From sequence record MN153797.1: a stretch of 48,822 nucleotides of DNA. The stretch is one strand, 5' to 3'. The DNA is from Tunavirus T1. The notes beneath the pieces are model-generated. The model did not search any database and was not told the origin of the DNA. It saw nothing but the letters and a program-made list of their open reading frames with translations. The position numbers and the translations under genes are program-made. Positions within the stretch are counted from its first letter, which is position 1. Each line of letters starts with the position of its first letter. Shown in pieces: positions 28,597 to 36,510 of the stretch.

Positions 28597-28607
28597 GAGG
28601 ATTTATT

Positions 28608-28913
28608 ATGGCGTACGGTATATCAACTTGGGACGCAAATGGCGTTTATAATAACTATGGAATTAAGCCTATTACGGTTGTTGGTTGGAACTTTTTGTCA
28701 GCAGGCCAGAATTCAGCATCGTTCAGCTATCAAGTGCCTCCTGGTATGCATGTGAACTACGTTATAAGCCTTGACGATGGCGCCATTAGTGGGCCTAGCA
28801 GGAAAATTATTGCTAGCGGTAATACGATAACAGTAACGCCAACAAACTCACCTGGGCCAAACGTGTACCCATCATCAAACTGTTACTTAATAGCATATCT
28901 GGAGAATGATTAA
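28608..28913 (+). CDS. tail-associated hypothetical protein (paralogous N-terminus with next ORF)
   Basis: ATG 28608 with RBS ggagga; N-terminus M(A/S)YG..(D/V)ANG shared with 28913..29602. Confidence 0.45.
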   Translation: MAYGISTWDANGVYNNYGIKPITVVGWNFLSAGQNSASFSYQVPPGMHVNYVISLDDGAISGPSRKIIASGNTITVTPTNSPGPNVYPSSNCYLIAYLEND

Positions 28914-29602
28914 TGTCATACGGTGCTTTTATAGATGTAAACGGAAACCCATTCATAACCCCGTTATCCACGCCATTCGCTTTATATGCGAGAGGGGAAA
29001 TTCAATCAGTAAATGTTAGTGGTTCACAGGTTGCGGAGAGATACGTTCGGATACCTACAGGTGTTCCGGTTATAGCTTTTTGCAAAACAACAAACACGCA
29101 GCAGGGGACCGCGCTTTCAGCCTTTACTTTCAGAAGCGGACCCAATGTTGGAACTGTTTATATAAGGGGGACAAATCCAGCAAAACAATCATACACGCTA
29201 ACATACTACATATTTGCCATATTTGAGCAGTCACTACCGAGATGGGGTATGGCAATATGGGATGCGACAGGAAAGCTAGTGCTGACAAATGAGACAAAAG
29301 TCCTTAGTGATTTGGTTACAATCGGCACTCCTGGATACGCTGGCGGTGGATTAAACATAGACACAACACTCAGCGGAAGCTACGCGGTTGTTCCAACTAT
29401 ACTTGGCAACTATCAAATTGTTATTGGAAGGTTGCCAACTGGGCAACCAATAATAGGAAACTCAACAGCAGGCAGTTCATGCAGGTACAACGGGAGCACA
29501 ACGAGAATAAATGCAGCAGCAACCACTGCGGCAGGTCAGATAATGAACACAGCGAATAATGGAAATATTATAACAGCAATCAAAACGGCAGCATACGACT
29601 AA
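28913..29602 (+). CDS. tail-associated hypothetical protein (possible fiber or receptor-binding accessory)
   Basis: ORF track; Gly/Thr/Asn-rich; paralogous N-terminus. Confidence 0.45.
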   Translation: MSYGAFIDVNGNPFITPLSTPFALYARGEIQSVNVSGSQVAERYVRIPTGVPVIAFCKTTNTQQGTALSAFTFRSGPNVGTVYIRGTNPAKQSYTLTYYIFAIFEQSLPRWGMAIWDATGKLVLTNETKVLSDLVTIGTPGYAGGGLNIDTTLSGSYAVVPTILGNYQIVIGRLPTGQPIIGNSTAGSSCRYNGSTTRINAAATTAAGQIMNTANNGNIITAIKTAAYD

Positions 29603-29625
29603 GCCCCTTGCGGGGCTTTTATTTT
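29603..29625. terminator. Bidirectional terminator between convergent genes
   Basis: gcccc-ttgc-ggggc with T-runs on both strands. Confidence 0.6.
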
Positions 29626-29851
29626 ATATCGAGCAATCGTGAGATTTGAAGTTTTTCTCTGATACATAGTTGAAGGAGAATGGGTATCCAGCACGCAATA
29701 CCATCTCCTTTCCGCGCATCTTAGATCCAAAAACGTAAACCGAGTACTCCGCGCCGCCTGATTCATAAATTGCCGTGCAAGTGCGCTCAGGCATCGATGA
29801 GCAACCAGTCAGGATGAATGCCGCAGCGATAACGGTGATTAACTTTTTCAT
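29624..29851 (-). CDS. cor: Cor-like small lipoprotein (candidate superinfection exclusion / receptor blocking)
   Basis: 75 aa; signal peptide MKKLITVIAAAFILTGC with lipobox LTGC; convergent with tail genes. Confidence 0.5.
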   Translation of the reverse strand: MKKLITVIAAAFILTGCSSMPERTCTAIYESGGAEYSVYVFGSKMRGKEMVLRAGYPFSFNYVSEKNFKSHDCSI

Positions 29852-30378
29852 TTGTATGTCCTCGTCGTTAGTGTGATTGCATTGTATGTCGCATTTACTT
29901 TTATTGCAATAGAGCGATTACAATTTTTTTCGTGTAACAGGCGTATATTTTTGTAACCGGAATGGGTGTTACAAAATCGCCTCCATCCGACCGCAGGGAG
30001 ATATGATAAAAACTCTATATAATATATATAGATAGATAATATTTAATTTTAGCTTTATATATATAATTATTGTTGTGTAACAGTTGTATATCGTGTAACA
30101 GGTGATTTGATTGATTCGTCAAATTTCTATCATGTATGTTCAAAATTTAATCAATCTGGATTCTATTTGTAGGTATCTCTGTATTTCTAATAAAAAGCGG
30201 TTACAAGTGTTACGCAATAGACAGCGCATAAAAATCTACTTAAGCCATTGATTCTGTTGATGCTGGTTGTAACTTGAGCAATATAGACACGCAATTACAC
30301 ACTGATTACATGTATTCGATTGACTAAACGCTGTTAATGGCTATAATGGATTCATCGTAAACGAAGGAGATAAACGCA
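29852..30378. promoter_or_regulatory. AT-rich divergent control region with repeated GTGTAACA-type motifs
   Basis: cgtgtaacag at about 29931, 30078, 30098; ggtgttaca at about 29955; gtgttacg at about 30210; poly-AT tracts 30010-30060. Confidence 0.45.
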
Positions 30379-31443
30379 ATGTTCCATGTATTCACATCAA
30401 GCCAGCTTTCTAACGACGAGTATCATAGAAACGAAGGTTGGGCGTCAGAGTATGTAAGCGGATCGAGTCTTGCAGAAATTTATCAGACCTGCCCTGCTAA
30501 CTGGAGATTCAAGAAGAACGAGACAACGAAAACTCTGGAGTTCGGTACTCAGTCGCACACCAACTTTGAGAGTCGAGATCTGTTTACTGCAACGTATGCT
30601 AGATGCCCTGCTCCGTCAGAGTTTAAGGATCTGATTACTTCGCAGGCGGCGCTGGCAGCAAAATTAAAATCATTCGGCCTGAAAGGTACATCCGGTAAGC
30701 AGTACCCGGACCTCATCAAAATGATGGTTGATTGTGGTGAAGAACTCAACGTTCAATACCTGATTGAACTGATCGCAGAAGCTGAGGCCCGTGCTGAAGG
30801 AAAACAACTTGTTGACGCGGACAAATACGACGCTTGCATGAAGATGAGAGTCATCCTTGAGCAGAATCCCGATCATGAAGCGTGCATCAACAGTGAAACG
30901 GCGCAGCGTGAGATTTCAATCTTCGGTGAGATATCCGGCGTAAAAGTTAAGGTTCGACTTGACCATCTGGACTACAAAGAGAATGTTCCAGGTCGTGTCC
31001 TGACTGGTTATGATGAGAATGGCGATCCGGTATTTGAAGACGTAATTTTCCCGGAAGCACTGATTATCACAGATTTCAAAACTACGATGAGCGCCAACCC
31101 GTTAGAGTTCCCGAGACTGGCATACAATCACGGCTATTACCTGAAGATGGCATTGCAGCATGACCTGCTACGACGCGCAATCCAGGCTGGAGCTTTTGAA
31201 GGTAACTTCCCGGAAGACATTCCGATCGTGGTTCGATTGCTTGCGCAGGAGAAAAAAGAGCCTTATATCGCACTGGCTTACCGTATGACTATGGAGCAAA
31301 TCAGGATAGGTCGTAACCAGTACATTAGCGTAGTCCACACTTACAAGGCTTGCTCTGAAATGGATGTTTGGCCTGGGTACGCTGGCGACGCAAGCGAGAT
31401 CGAACTTGAAACGCCATCATGGGTGCGTTACCAAAATAAGTAA
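30379..31443 (+). CDS. recombination exonuclease (PD-(D/E)XK, RecB/RecE-like)
   Basis: Motif IITDFKTT resembles RecB-family (I/V)xDYKT; sits upstream of Erf and SSB. Confidence 0.5.
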   Translation: MFHVFTSSQLSNDEYHRNEGWASEYVSGSSLAEIYQTCPANWRFKKNETTKTLEFGTQSHTNFESRDLFTATYARCPAPSEFKDLITSQAALAAKLKSFGLKGTSGKQYPDLIKMMVDCGEELNVQYLIELIAEAEARAEGKQLVDADKYDACMKMRVILEQNPDHEACINSETAQREISIFGEISGVKVKVRLDHLDYKENVPGRVLTGYDENGDPVFEDVIFPEALIITDFKTTMSANPLEFPRLAYNHGYYLKMALQHDLLRRAIQAGAFEGNFPEDIPIVVRLLAQEKKEPYIALAYRMTMEQIRIGRNQYISVVHTYKACSEMDVWPGYAGDASEIELETPSWVRYQNK

Positions 31444-31517
31444 ACGGCATAAATAGCTAAACAAATAATTAATGAGGTGTTATAATGCACCTCATACACC
31501 AATCAGGAGAAGTTAAG

Positions 31518-32165
31518 ATGCAATTATCACCAGAAACAAACGAAATCCTTCCCGCACTGTTCAATGCTCGCAATAAATTTGCTAAAGCAAAGAAGGACGC
31601 AAAAAACAATCACCTGAAAAATTCATACGCAACTCTTGATGCAATGATGGCTGCGGTTAGTCCGGCGCTAACCGACAACGATATTATGATCCTGCAATCA
31701 ATGCTGGACACCAGCACTGAAACAACCTTCCATCTTGAAACGATGCTGATTCACAAATCCGGGCAGTGGGCCAAATTCTTCATGATGATGCCGATTGCAA
31801 AGCGCGATCCGCAAGGCGTAGGTTCTGCAATGACGTATGCTCGACGTTACTCATTAGCCGCAGCGCTGGGGATTAGCCAGAGTGATGACGATGCTCAGCT
31901 TGCAGTGAAATCCGTCAAGGACTGGAAAAAAGAACTTGATGCGTGTGAAGACATCGAGTCACTGAAAGATGTATGGGCCAACGCTTACCGCCAGACTGAC
32001 ACGGCGAGCAAGTCAATCATTCAGGATCACTACAACGCATTGAAGGCTAAATTTGAGATCGGTAAAGCTCGCGGCATTCGCCCGGCGCAACCGGAACAGA
32101 AAAAACAGGTTGAAGCAACAAGCGCGAAGCCTGTACAATCCCAATCAATCACCAACTTCGAATAA
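31518..32165 (+). CDS. erf: single-strand annealing protein (Erf-like)
   Basis: ATG 31518 with RBS caggagaag; motif GSAMTYARRYSL; sits between exonuclease and SSB. Confidence 0.5.
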   Translation: MQLSPETNEILPALFNARNKFAKAKKDAKNNHLKNSYATLDAMMAAVSPALTDNDIMILQSMLDTSTETTFHLETMLIHKSGQWAKFFMMMPIAKRDPQGVGSAMTYARRYSLAAALGISQSDDDAQLAVKSVKDWKKELDACEDIESLKDVWANAYRQTDTASKSIIQDHYNALKAKFEIGKARGIRPAQPEQKKQVEATSAKPVQSQSITNFE

Positions 32166-32211
32166 TCATCAGGGAGGCTTAGGTCGCCCATAAAATTTAG
32201 GAGAGAAAAAC

Positions 32212-32634
32212 ATGCATATTATCACTGGCGAGATCCGCAAAGAACCAAAGATTCTTGAACGTAACGGCGGCAATACTTATATTATCGAACTGGCAGAAAG
32301 CTATAAGCCTCGTGATGGCGATCGCGAATACACCAACTACACGTTCTTTTTTAGCGACGGTGGGAAGCCAGGCCTTGCTGACTGGTATCGTGAAGCGTTC
32401 CAAGTTGGTCGAGTTATCTCAGTATCGTGCGAGACGTTGAAGATCTCATCACGCGAACACAACGGAATGATTTACAATTCATTGCAGGCGGCTGACTTCC
32501 CTAAACTAGTATTTAGTCAACGAGGTCAAAGCAACCAGCAACAACGAGCGCCTCAGCAACAACAGCGTTCTCAGCAGCAATCACAACCAAAACCAAATCA
32601 ACAATCAACATTTGACGACGATATTCCATTCTAA
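32212..32634 (+). CDS. ssb: single-stranded DNA-binding protein
   Basis: OB-fold-sized N-terminus, Gln-rich linker, C-terminus DDDIPF (canonical SSB tail). Confidence 0.75.
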   Translation: MHIITGEIRKEPKILERNGGNTYIIELAESYKPRDGDREYTNYTFFFSDGGKPGLADWYREAFQVGRVISVSCETLKISSREHNGMIYNSLQAADFPKLVFSQRGQSNQQQRAPQQQQRSQQQSQPKPNQQSTFDDDIPF

Positions 32635-32640
32635 AGAGAA

Positions 32641-32662
32641 GCCCCGCATTGCGGGGCTTTTT
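32641..32662. terminator. Bidirectional terminator between convergent ssb and tail fiber
   Basis: gccccgc-att-gcggggc then TTTTT. Confidence 0.6.
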
Positions 32663-32695
32663 ATTACTTCATCTCAATTGCCTTCGGAAATGAGT

Positions 32696-34312
32696 CTACG
32701 TATTTTTTAAGCTTTCAACAAACTCTCCAGATACCATTCTTTCATGATTTCTTTTGCACTCTTCAACCTTCTTGTTGTAAATCGAGTCATTAGGCATCTC
32801 AACTCGAACGCTAACAAAAACATCACTCGGAATGTCAATAGGATCTCCGTCGCTATACCCATCCTTATGATTTCTTGCGAATGAAGGCGCGTTATCATGA
32901 GTTCTATGATAAGTCTTGATAACCAAAGACCCATCAGGGTTAACATCATAATCTACCCACAATATAGGCTGTCCGTTAATGTCTTTTGGTATCTCTATGC
33001 CACCATTAACACCACCCCACGCTAGATCAGAATTTAGTGATAAACACCCCCTTATCAAATACTCGCCAGTAGAAATCCTCTCAACTGTACAACCTTCGCT
33101 CTCGTCGTTTGTTCTATGGCTCCCGTTGCCAAAAATATCAACGATGGGCGAGGCTCTTTTTATAAATCCGTTAGAGTCAACGGTTGTATTGCCTGTATTC
33201 CATATAACCTGGGTAGATTGCCATTGCCCCGCTCCTGTCTGTTTTCTGAGCCTCACATCCTTATAGTGTGGAGAGGTCATTGATGCGTCTTCAATAACAA
33301 AACCGAAAGCACTACCATCTCCTTGACCGTTTCTATGACGAACAGATATAGCTGTGACCCATCCAACAGAATTAACATTGTAACTTGCAAGGCTGCTAGG
33401 CTGAGATGATAAGGCGTTAACATAATCTACCCAGCTTGATTTCTCGTTAGATGCCGGACTTGATACAACGTTACCGGAAGAACTTGCCTGAAACGGTATC
33501 CACGGAGAAAACTTTGCATTATTGCCGTTTTTCATCCTTATGTAAAAAGTGCCGCGACCCGCTCTTGCGTATTCGTTTTGAGAATTTCCAGATTCTGGGT
33601 CAGTACCCAAATAAGTAAAAGGCGTAAATCTCTGAATGCAAGCGCTTGCACCGTTAGCTCCATTAGGAAGAACCTCAAGCATACCTGCCGTAGCCTCAGG
33701 ATAGCCCCTACTAGCGGTAGCTAAAGCACTTGATGATTGCATATATATTCCAGGGCCATCACCTTCACCAGTTATTGAATCAAGATGTTTTTCCCCTAAG
33801 TTAGTTCTATCAAGTTTGTAAACCTTTAGGCTTGTCCTTGCCTGCTCCTCGGTAGTTCCACCAGTGCCACCAAAATTAACCCCTAGAGCCTTGTTTTCAC
33901 TTCCATCATGAGTCATGGCGCCCCAGTCGCCGCTATCCTTGACGATCAGCTTAAATCCGGTCCTATCGTCATTTGAATAGATTTCCGTTAAATCTCCGCG
34001 AGGTTGATTTAATCTATTTACTGCTAGATTTTTCTTTGATTGCTCCTTGTCAGCAAGGCCAGAAAGATTTCCGTCCTTAGTTAAAAGATTGTCAGCATTA
34101 ACGCTATTTGCTGCGTCCTGAGCTTCCTGAGCACTTACCGCTGCCGCGTCTTTAGCGCTAACCGCCGCATCGCGTGCTGCCTGGGCATCGTTTTTTGCTG
34201 AGGTTGCAGTTTGCGCCGCAGTCTGAGCATCATTAACATAGCCAGATAGATCGCCTTTAGCGTCATTAATTTCTTGAACGATATTGTTCAGTGTCCATAT
34301 CAAGATCGGCAA
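32696..34312 (-). CDS. tail fiber protein, C-terminal fragment (no ATG, no RBS; TTG is the first in-frame start)
   Basis: 538-aa ORF; N-terminus repeats the C-terminus of 34412..34867; Ala/Gln-rich coiled region then Gly/Ser/Asn-rich distal domain. Confidence 0.6.
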   Translation of the reverse strand: MPILIWTLNNIVQEINDAKGDLSGYVNDAQTAAQTATSAKNDAQAARDAAVSAKDAAAVSAQEAQDAANSVNADNLLTKDGNLSGLADKEQSKKNLAVNRLNQPRGDLTEIYSNDDRTGFKLIVKDSGDWGAMTHDGSENKALGVNFGGTGGTTEEQARTSLKVYKLDRTNLGEKHLDSITGEGDGPGIYMQSSSALATASRGYPEATAGMLEVLPNGANGASACIQRFTPFTYLGTDPESGNSQNEYARAGRGTFYIRMKNGNNAKFSPWIPFQASSSGNVVSSPASNEKSSWVDYVNALSSQPSSLASYNVNSVGWVTAISVRHRNGQGDGSAFGFVIEDASMTSPHYKDVRLRKQTGAGQWQSTQVIWNTGNTTVDSNGFIKRASPIVDIFGNGSHRTNDESEGCTVERISTGEYLIRGCLSLNSDLAWGGVNGGIEIPKDINGQPILWVDYDVNPDGSLVIKTYHRTHDNAPSFARNHKDGYSDGDPIDIPSDVFVSVRVEMPNDSIYNKKVEECKRNHERMVSGEFVESLKNT

Positions 34313-34330
34313 TAATATCCATGCCGATGC
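34197..34330. repeat. Direct repeat copy A (134 bp) of tail fiber coding sequence
   Basis: Matches 34418-34555 except three small indels (agt/tgag, gtg/gttg, cca/ccaa). Confidence 0.8.
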
Positions 34331-34355
34331 AGATTAGTGATAGCCTTGTCGGTTG

Positions 34356-34402
34356 CTGAATAAATAAAAAAAATAGGGGCCCCCCCCCCCTTTTTTATTC
34401 AG
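34356..34402. other. Palindromic element ctgaataaa-taaaaaaaa-tagggg-C11-ttt-tttattcag between the two repeat copies
   Basis: Inverted arms 34356-34364 and 34394-34402; homopolymers A8, G4, C11, T6 read directly. Confidence 0.8.
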
Positions 34403-34411
34403 ATAGACACG

Positions 34412-34867
34412 TCACGTGCTGAGGTTGCTGAGTTGCGCCGCAGTCTGAGCATCATTAACATAGCCAGATAGATCGCCTTTAGCGTCATTAATTTCTTGAA
34501 CGATATTGTTCAGGTTGTCCATATCAAGATCGGCAATAATATCCAATGCCGATGCGATCTCAGTCTCTTTGCTCTGGTAGTACCGAAGCGTCTCAGCGAC
34601 GTTTTGCGCAAGACCGTTAACGGTCAATGAATCGTTAAGCAAGATCACATACTTACCGTCAGCGGCAGTCTGACCATCCGTAGAGATAGCCTTTAGCTCT
34701 GTGTCGCTCACAATGTCGCTGATTACCGCCAGTTTAATTGGTTGCTCCAGGAATACGATAGTTGCACCGACTCGAATCAGAGCAAGCTGATCTTTCCATT
34801 TTGTATCGGTTCCGTGAACCGTACCGTCTGCATCCATTGATGCAGTACCGCGTCTATATAAAGCCAT
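34412..34867 (-). CDS. tail fiber protein, N-terminal fragment (151 aa) ending just after repeat copy B
   Basis: ATG 34867 with RBS aaggag; C-terminal ..LNNIVQEINDAKGDLSGYVNDAQTAAQ duplicated at start of 32696..34312. Confidence 0.55.
   Translation of the reverse strand: MALYRRGTASMDADGTVHGTDTKWKDQLALIRVGATIVFLEQPIKLAVISDIVSDTELKAISTDGQTAADGKYVILLNDSLTVNGLAQNVAETLRYYQSKETEIASALDIIADLDMDNLNNIVQEINDAKGDLSGYVNDAQTAAQLSNLST
34418..34555. repeat. Direct repeat copy B (138 bp) of tail fiber coding sequence
   Basis: See copy A. Confidence 0.8.
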
Positions 34868-34888
34868 AGTATAAACTCCTTAAGTAAA

Positions 34889-34935
34889 TAGCACGAATTG
34901 CTAAGCAATGATTTTATCATTGTGATACCTGCCTT
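34889..34935 (-). promoter_or_regulatory. Sigma70-like promoter for tail fiber (minus: TTGCAA, 17 bp, TAAAAT) with box tagcacgaattgcta over the predicted start site
   Basis: Read on minus strand: cattgcaaggcaggtatcacaatgataaaat then box at 34889-34903. Confidence 0.45.
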
Positions 34936-34944
34936 GCAATGGGC

Positions 34945-34968
34945 AATAAAAAACCGCCCGAAGGCGGT
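34945..34968 (-). terminator. Rho-independent terminator after primase gene
   Basis: Minus strand: accgcc-ttcg-ggcggt then TTTTTTATT. Confidence 0.65.
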
Positions 34969-35903
34969 TAGAGTAGGTCACTTGCTGAGAATAATTTGGC
35001 TTGCATTCCTGAGCGGTATCCTCCGGGATTCGGTATGATTATTTTTAATTGTCTGTCGTCTGCCATGTACAAGGTATCCTTGTCTGAAGGTTCACACGCC
35101 ATCCTTACCTCTCGATCACCTTTATACCTGTATGCAACCATTTCGAGGTTTTCAGGGGTGAAGCAGGCCCATACCTCTTGCTTTGTGTGAAATGCAATAT
35201 GCTGAGCATCAATCCAGTTAAGGCATAAGTAGATCGCCTTTTCAGTTTTACCAGTCACGGCAACCGAGCAACTCGTGTATTTCTTCGCATAAAATGACTC
35301 TCTTCCTTCTTCATCAATAATCAAAATATTGCAAAACTCATCATCAAGCCCATCCTCGTGCACAAGTTGACACGGTATAGTGTGAAATACGCTCTCTCTT
35401 CCATCCTCGCTACGCTTTATACCGACATCGAATGATTCGGTGGGTAGTGACTCAAACACGCTCAACGGCGTATTTACACGTTTCTCTGTGCGCTCCATAA
35501 CCTTCATCACCGCCTCATGTTCAGCCATCATGACATTGACACCTGACACCGGAGTCCGGCGCGCTTTCTTGTTTGCCTTGACGATGTATTCCTGCGGAAC
35601 CTTTCCGAGAAATCTTCCCAGGATGTTTACGCATTCGCTGTACGGCATACCAGTCAACTTCATCAGCCAGCCAATACCAGAGTCGTTACCGCATGAGTTG
35701 CAGATCGCACCGCCGTCGCCCGGGGTGTTCAGGTTATCAGTCCAGCGAAATCGGTCTTTACCGCCGCAGTTGGGGCAGGGTTGGTGCTTCTTATTAAAAA
35801 CATTATTCGGCAATCCGCAGATTGATTGGAAAGCCTCGCGCCATAACCCCTTCATGTACGGTAAAACGTCCTCTTTCTGAAACATCATAAATTCTTCGTT
35901 CAC
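34968..35903 (-). CDS. DNA primase-like protein (zinc-ribbon)
   Basis: CPNCGGKDRF..CNSC zinc-binding motif near N-terminus. Confidence 0.5.
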   Translation of the reverse strand: MNEEFMMFQKEDVLPYMKGLWREAFQSICGLPNNVFNKKHQPCPNCGGKDRFRWTDNLNTPGDGGAICNSCGNDSGIGWLMKLTGMPYSECVNILGRFLGKVPQEYIVKANKKARRTPVSGVNVMMAEHEAVMKVMERTEKRVNTPLSVFESLPTESFDVGIKRSEDGRESVFHTIPCQLVHEDGLDDEFCNILIIDEEGRESFYAKKYTSCSVAVTGKTEKAIYLCLNWIDAQHIAFHTKQEVWACFTPENLEMVAYRYKGDREVRMACEPSDKDTLYMADDRQLKIIIPNPGGYRSGMQAKLFSASDLL

Positions 35904-35964
35904 TTCCAGATCTCCAAAATAAAAAACGCGTAGAAGGATGTTAACCCGCTACGCGTCGTTTGTT

Positions 35965-36417
35965 TTAACTAAAAATGCTATTGGTCGTTCCGATATCTTC
36001 CCTCTTCACGACGCGCATAAATTTCTTGTTCTTGCATCGCTTCTCAAGGCACTTGCCGTTACCGTCAAACTTCAGGTCGAATCGCAACCATGCGGCCCTA
36101 AACCCTTTGCACCCCTGTCGGCGGTAAGCACGATGCGCAGCTTCAGCGCCTTGCCATGAAATCATATTGCGTTCTTTCCAGCCTTGCACCGTCTGATTGC
36201 TAACCTTCAGAGCCTTTGCGCAGGCCGCCGGGCCGCCGTAATATTCGATAAGGGCATCAAGTCGCGCTCGCAGTCCGGCGCGCGTTTCTTCTTTATGAAT
36301 ATAGAACCCGCAACGCTGGCGAGGCTTTTTATCTTTACCGCGCCGTGTTCCGTTGTTACCATTGATGTGACGTTTATCGATTTCACCAGTTGACTCTGCG
36401 ATACGTTGAATACTCAT
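35965..36417 (-). CDS. helix-turn-helix DNA-binding protein (candidate transcription regulator)
   Basis: HTH-like segment GGPAACAKALKVSNQTVQGWKERN; divergent from helicase promoter. Confidence 0.45.
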   Translation of the reverse strand: MSIQRIAESTGEIDKRHINGNNGTRRGKDKKPRQRCGFYIHKEETRAGLRARLDALIEYYGGPAACAKALKVSNQTVQGWKERNMISWQGAEAAHRAYRRQGCKGFRAAWLRFDLKFDGNGKCLEKRCKNKKFMRVVKREDIGTTNSIFS

Positions 36418-36430
36418 CTTGATTCCCCTA

Positions 36431-36473
36431 TAGCACTTTTTGCTAAAAACGTTTACTTTATGCCGTGTATTAT
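36431..36473 (+). promoter_or_regulatory. Box-dependent promoter: tagcactttttgcta + TATTAT (36468-36473)
   Basis: Centre to -10 = 30 bp; -10 in hairpin aacgtttac..gtaaacgtt. Confidence 0.55.
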
Positions 36474-36510
36474 AGCGTAAACGTTACAACGATTCAAAGG
36501 ATTAATAGCC

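Noticed and set aside
30070-30110. LexA (SOS) box in gtgtaacagttgtatatcgtgtaacag
   Set aside because: CTGT and ACAG are not separated by the required 8 bp.
34197-34555. Diversity-generating retroelement (template/variable repeat pair) targeting the tail fiber
   Set aside because: No reverse transcriptase ORF in the window; the copies differ by indels, not adenine-specific substitutions; the repeat lies in the N-terminal shaft, not a C-terminal receptor-binding domain.
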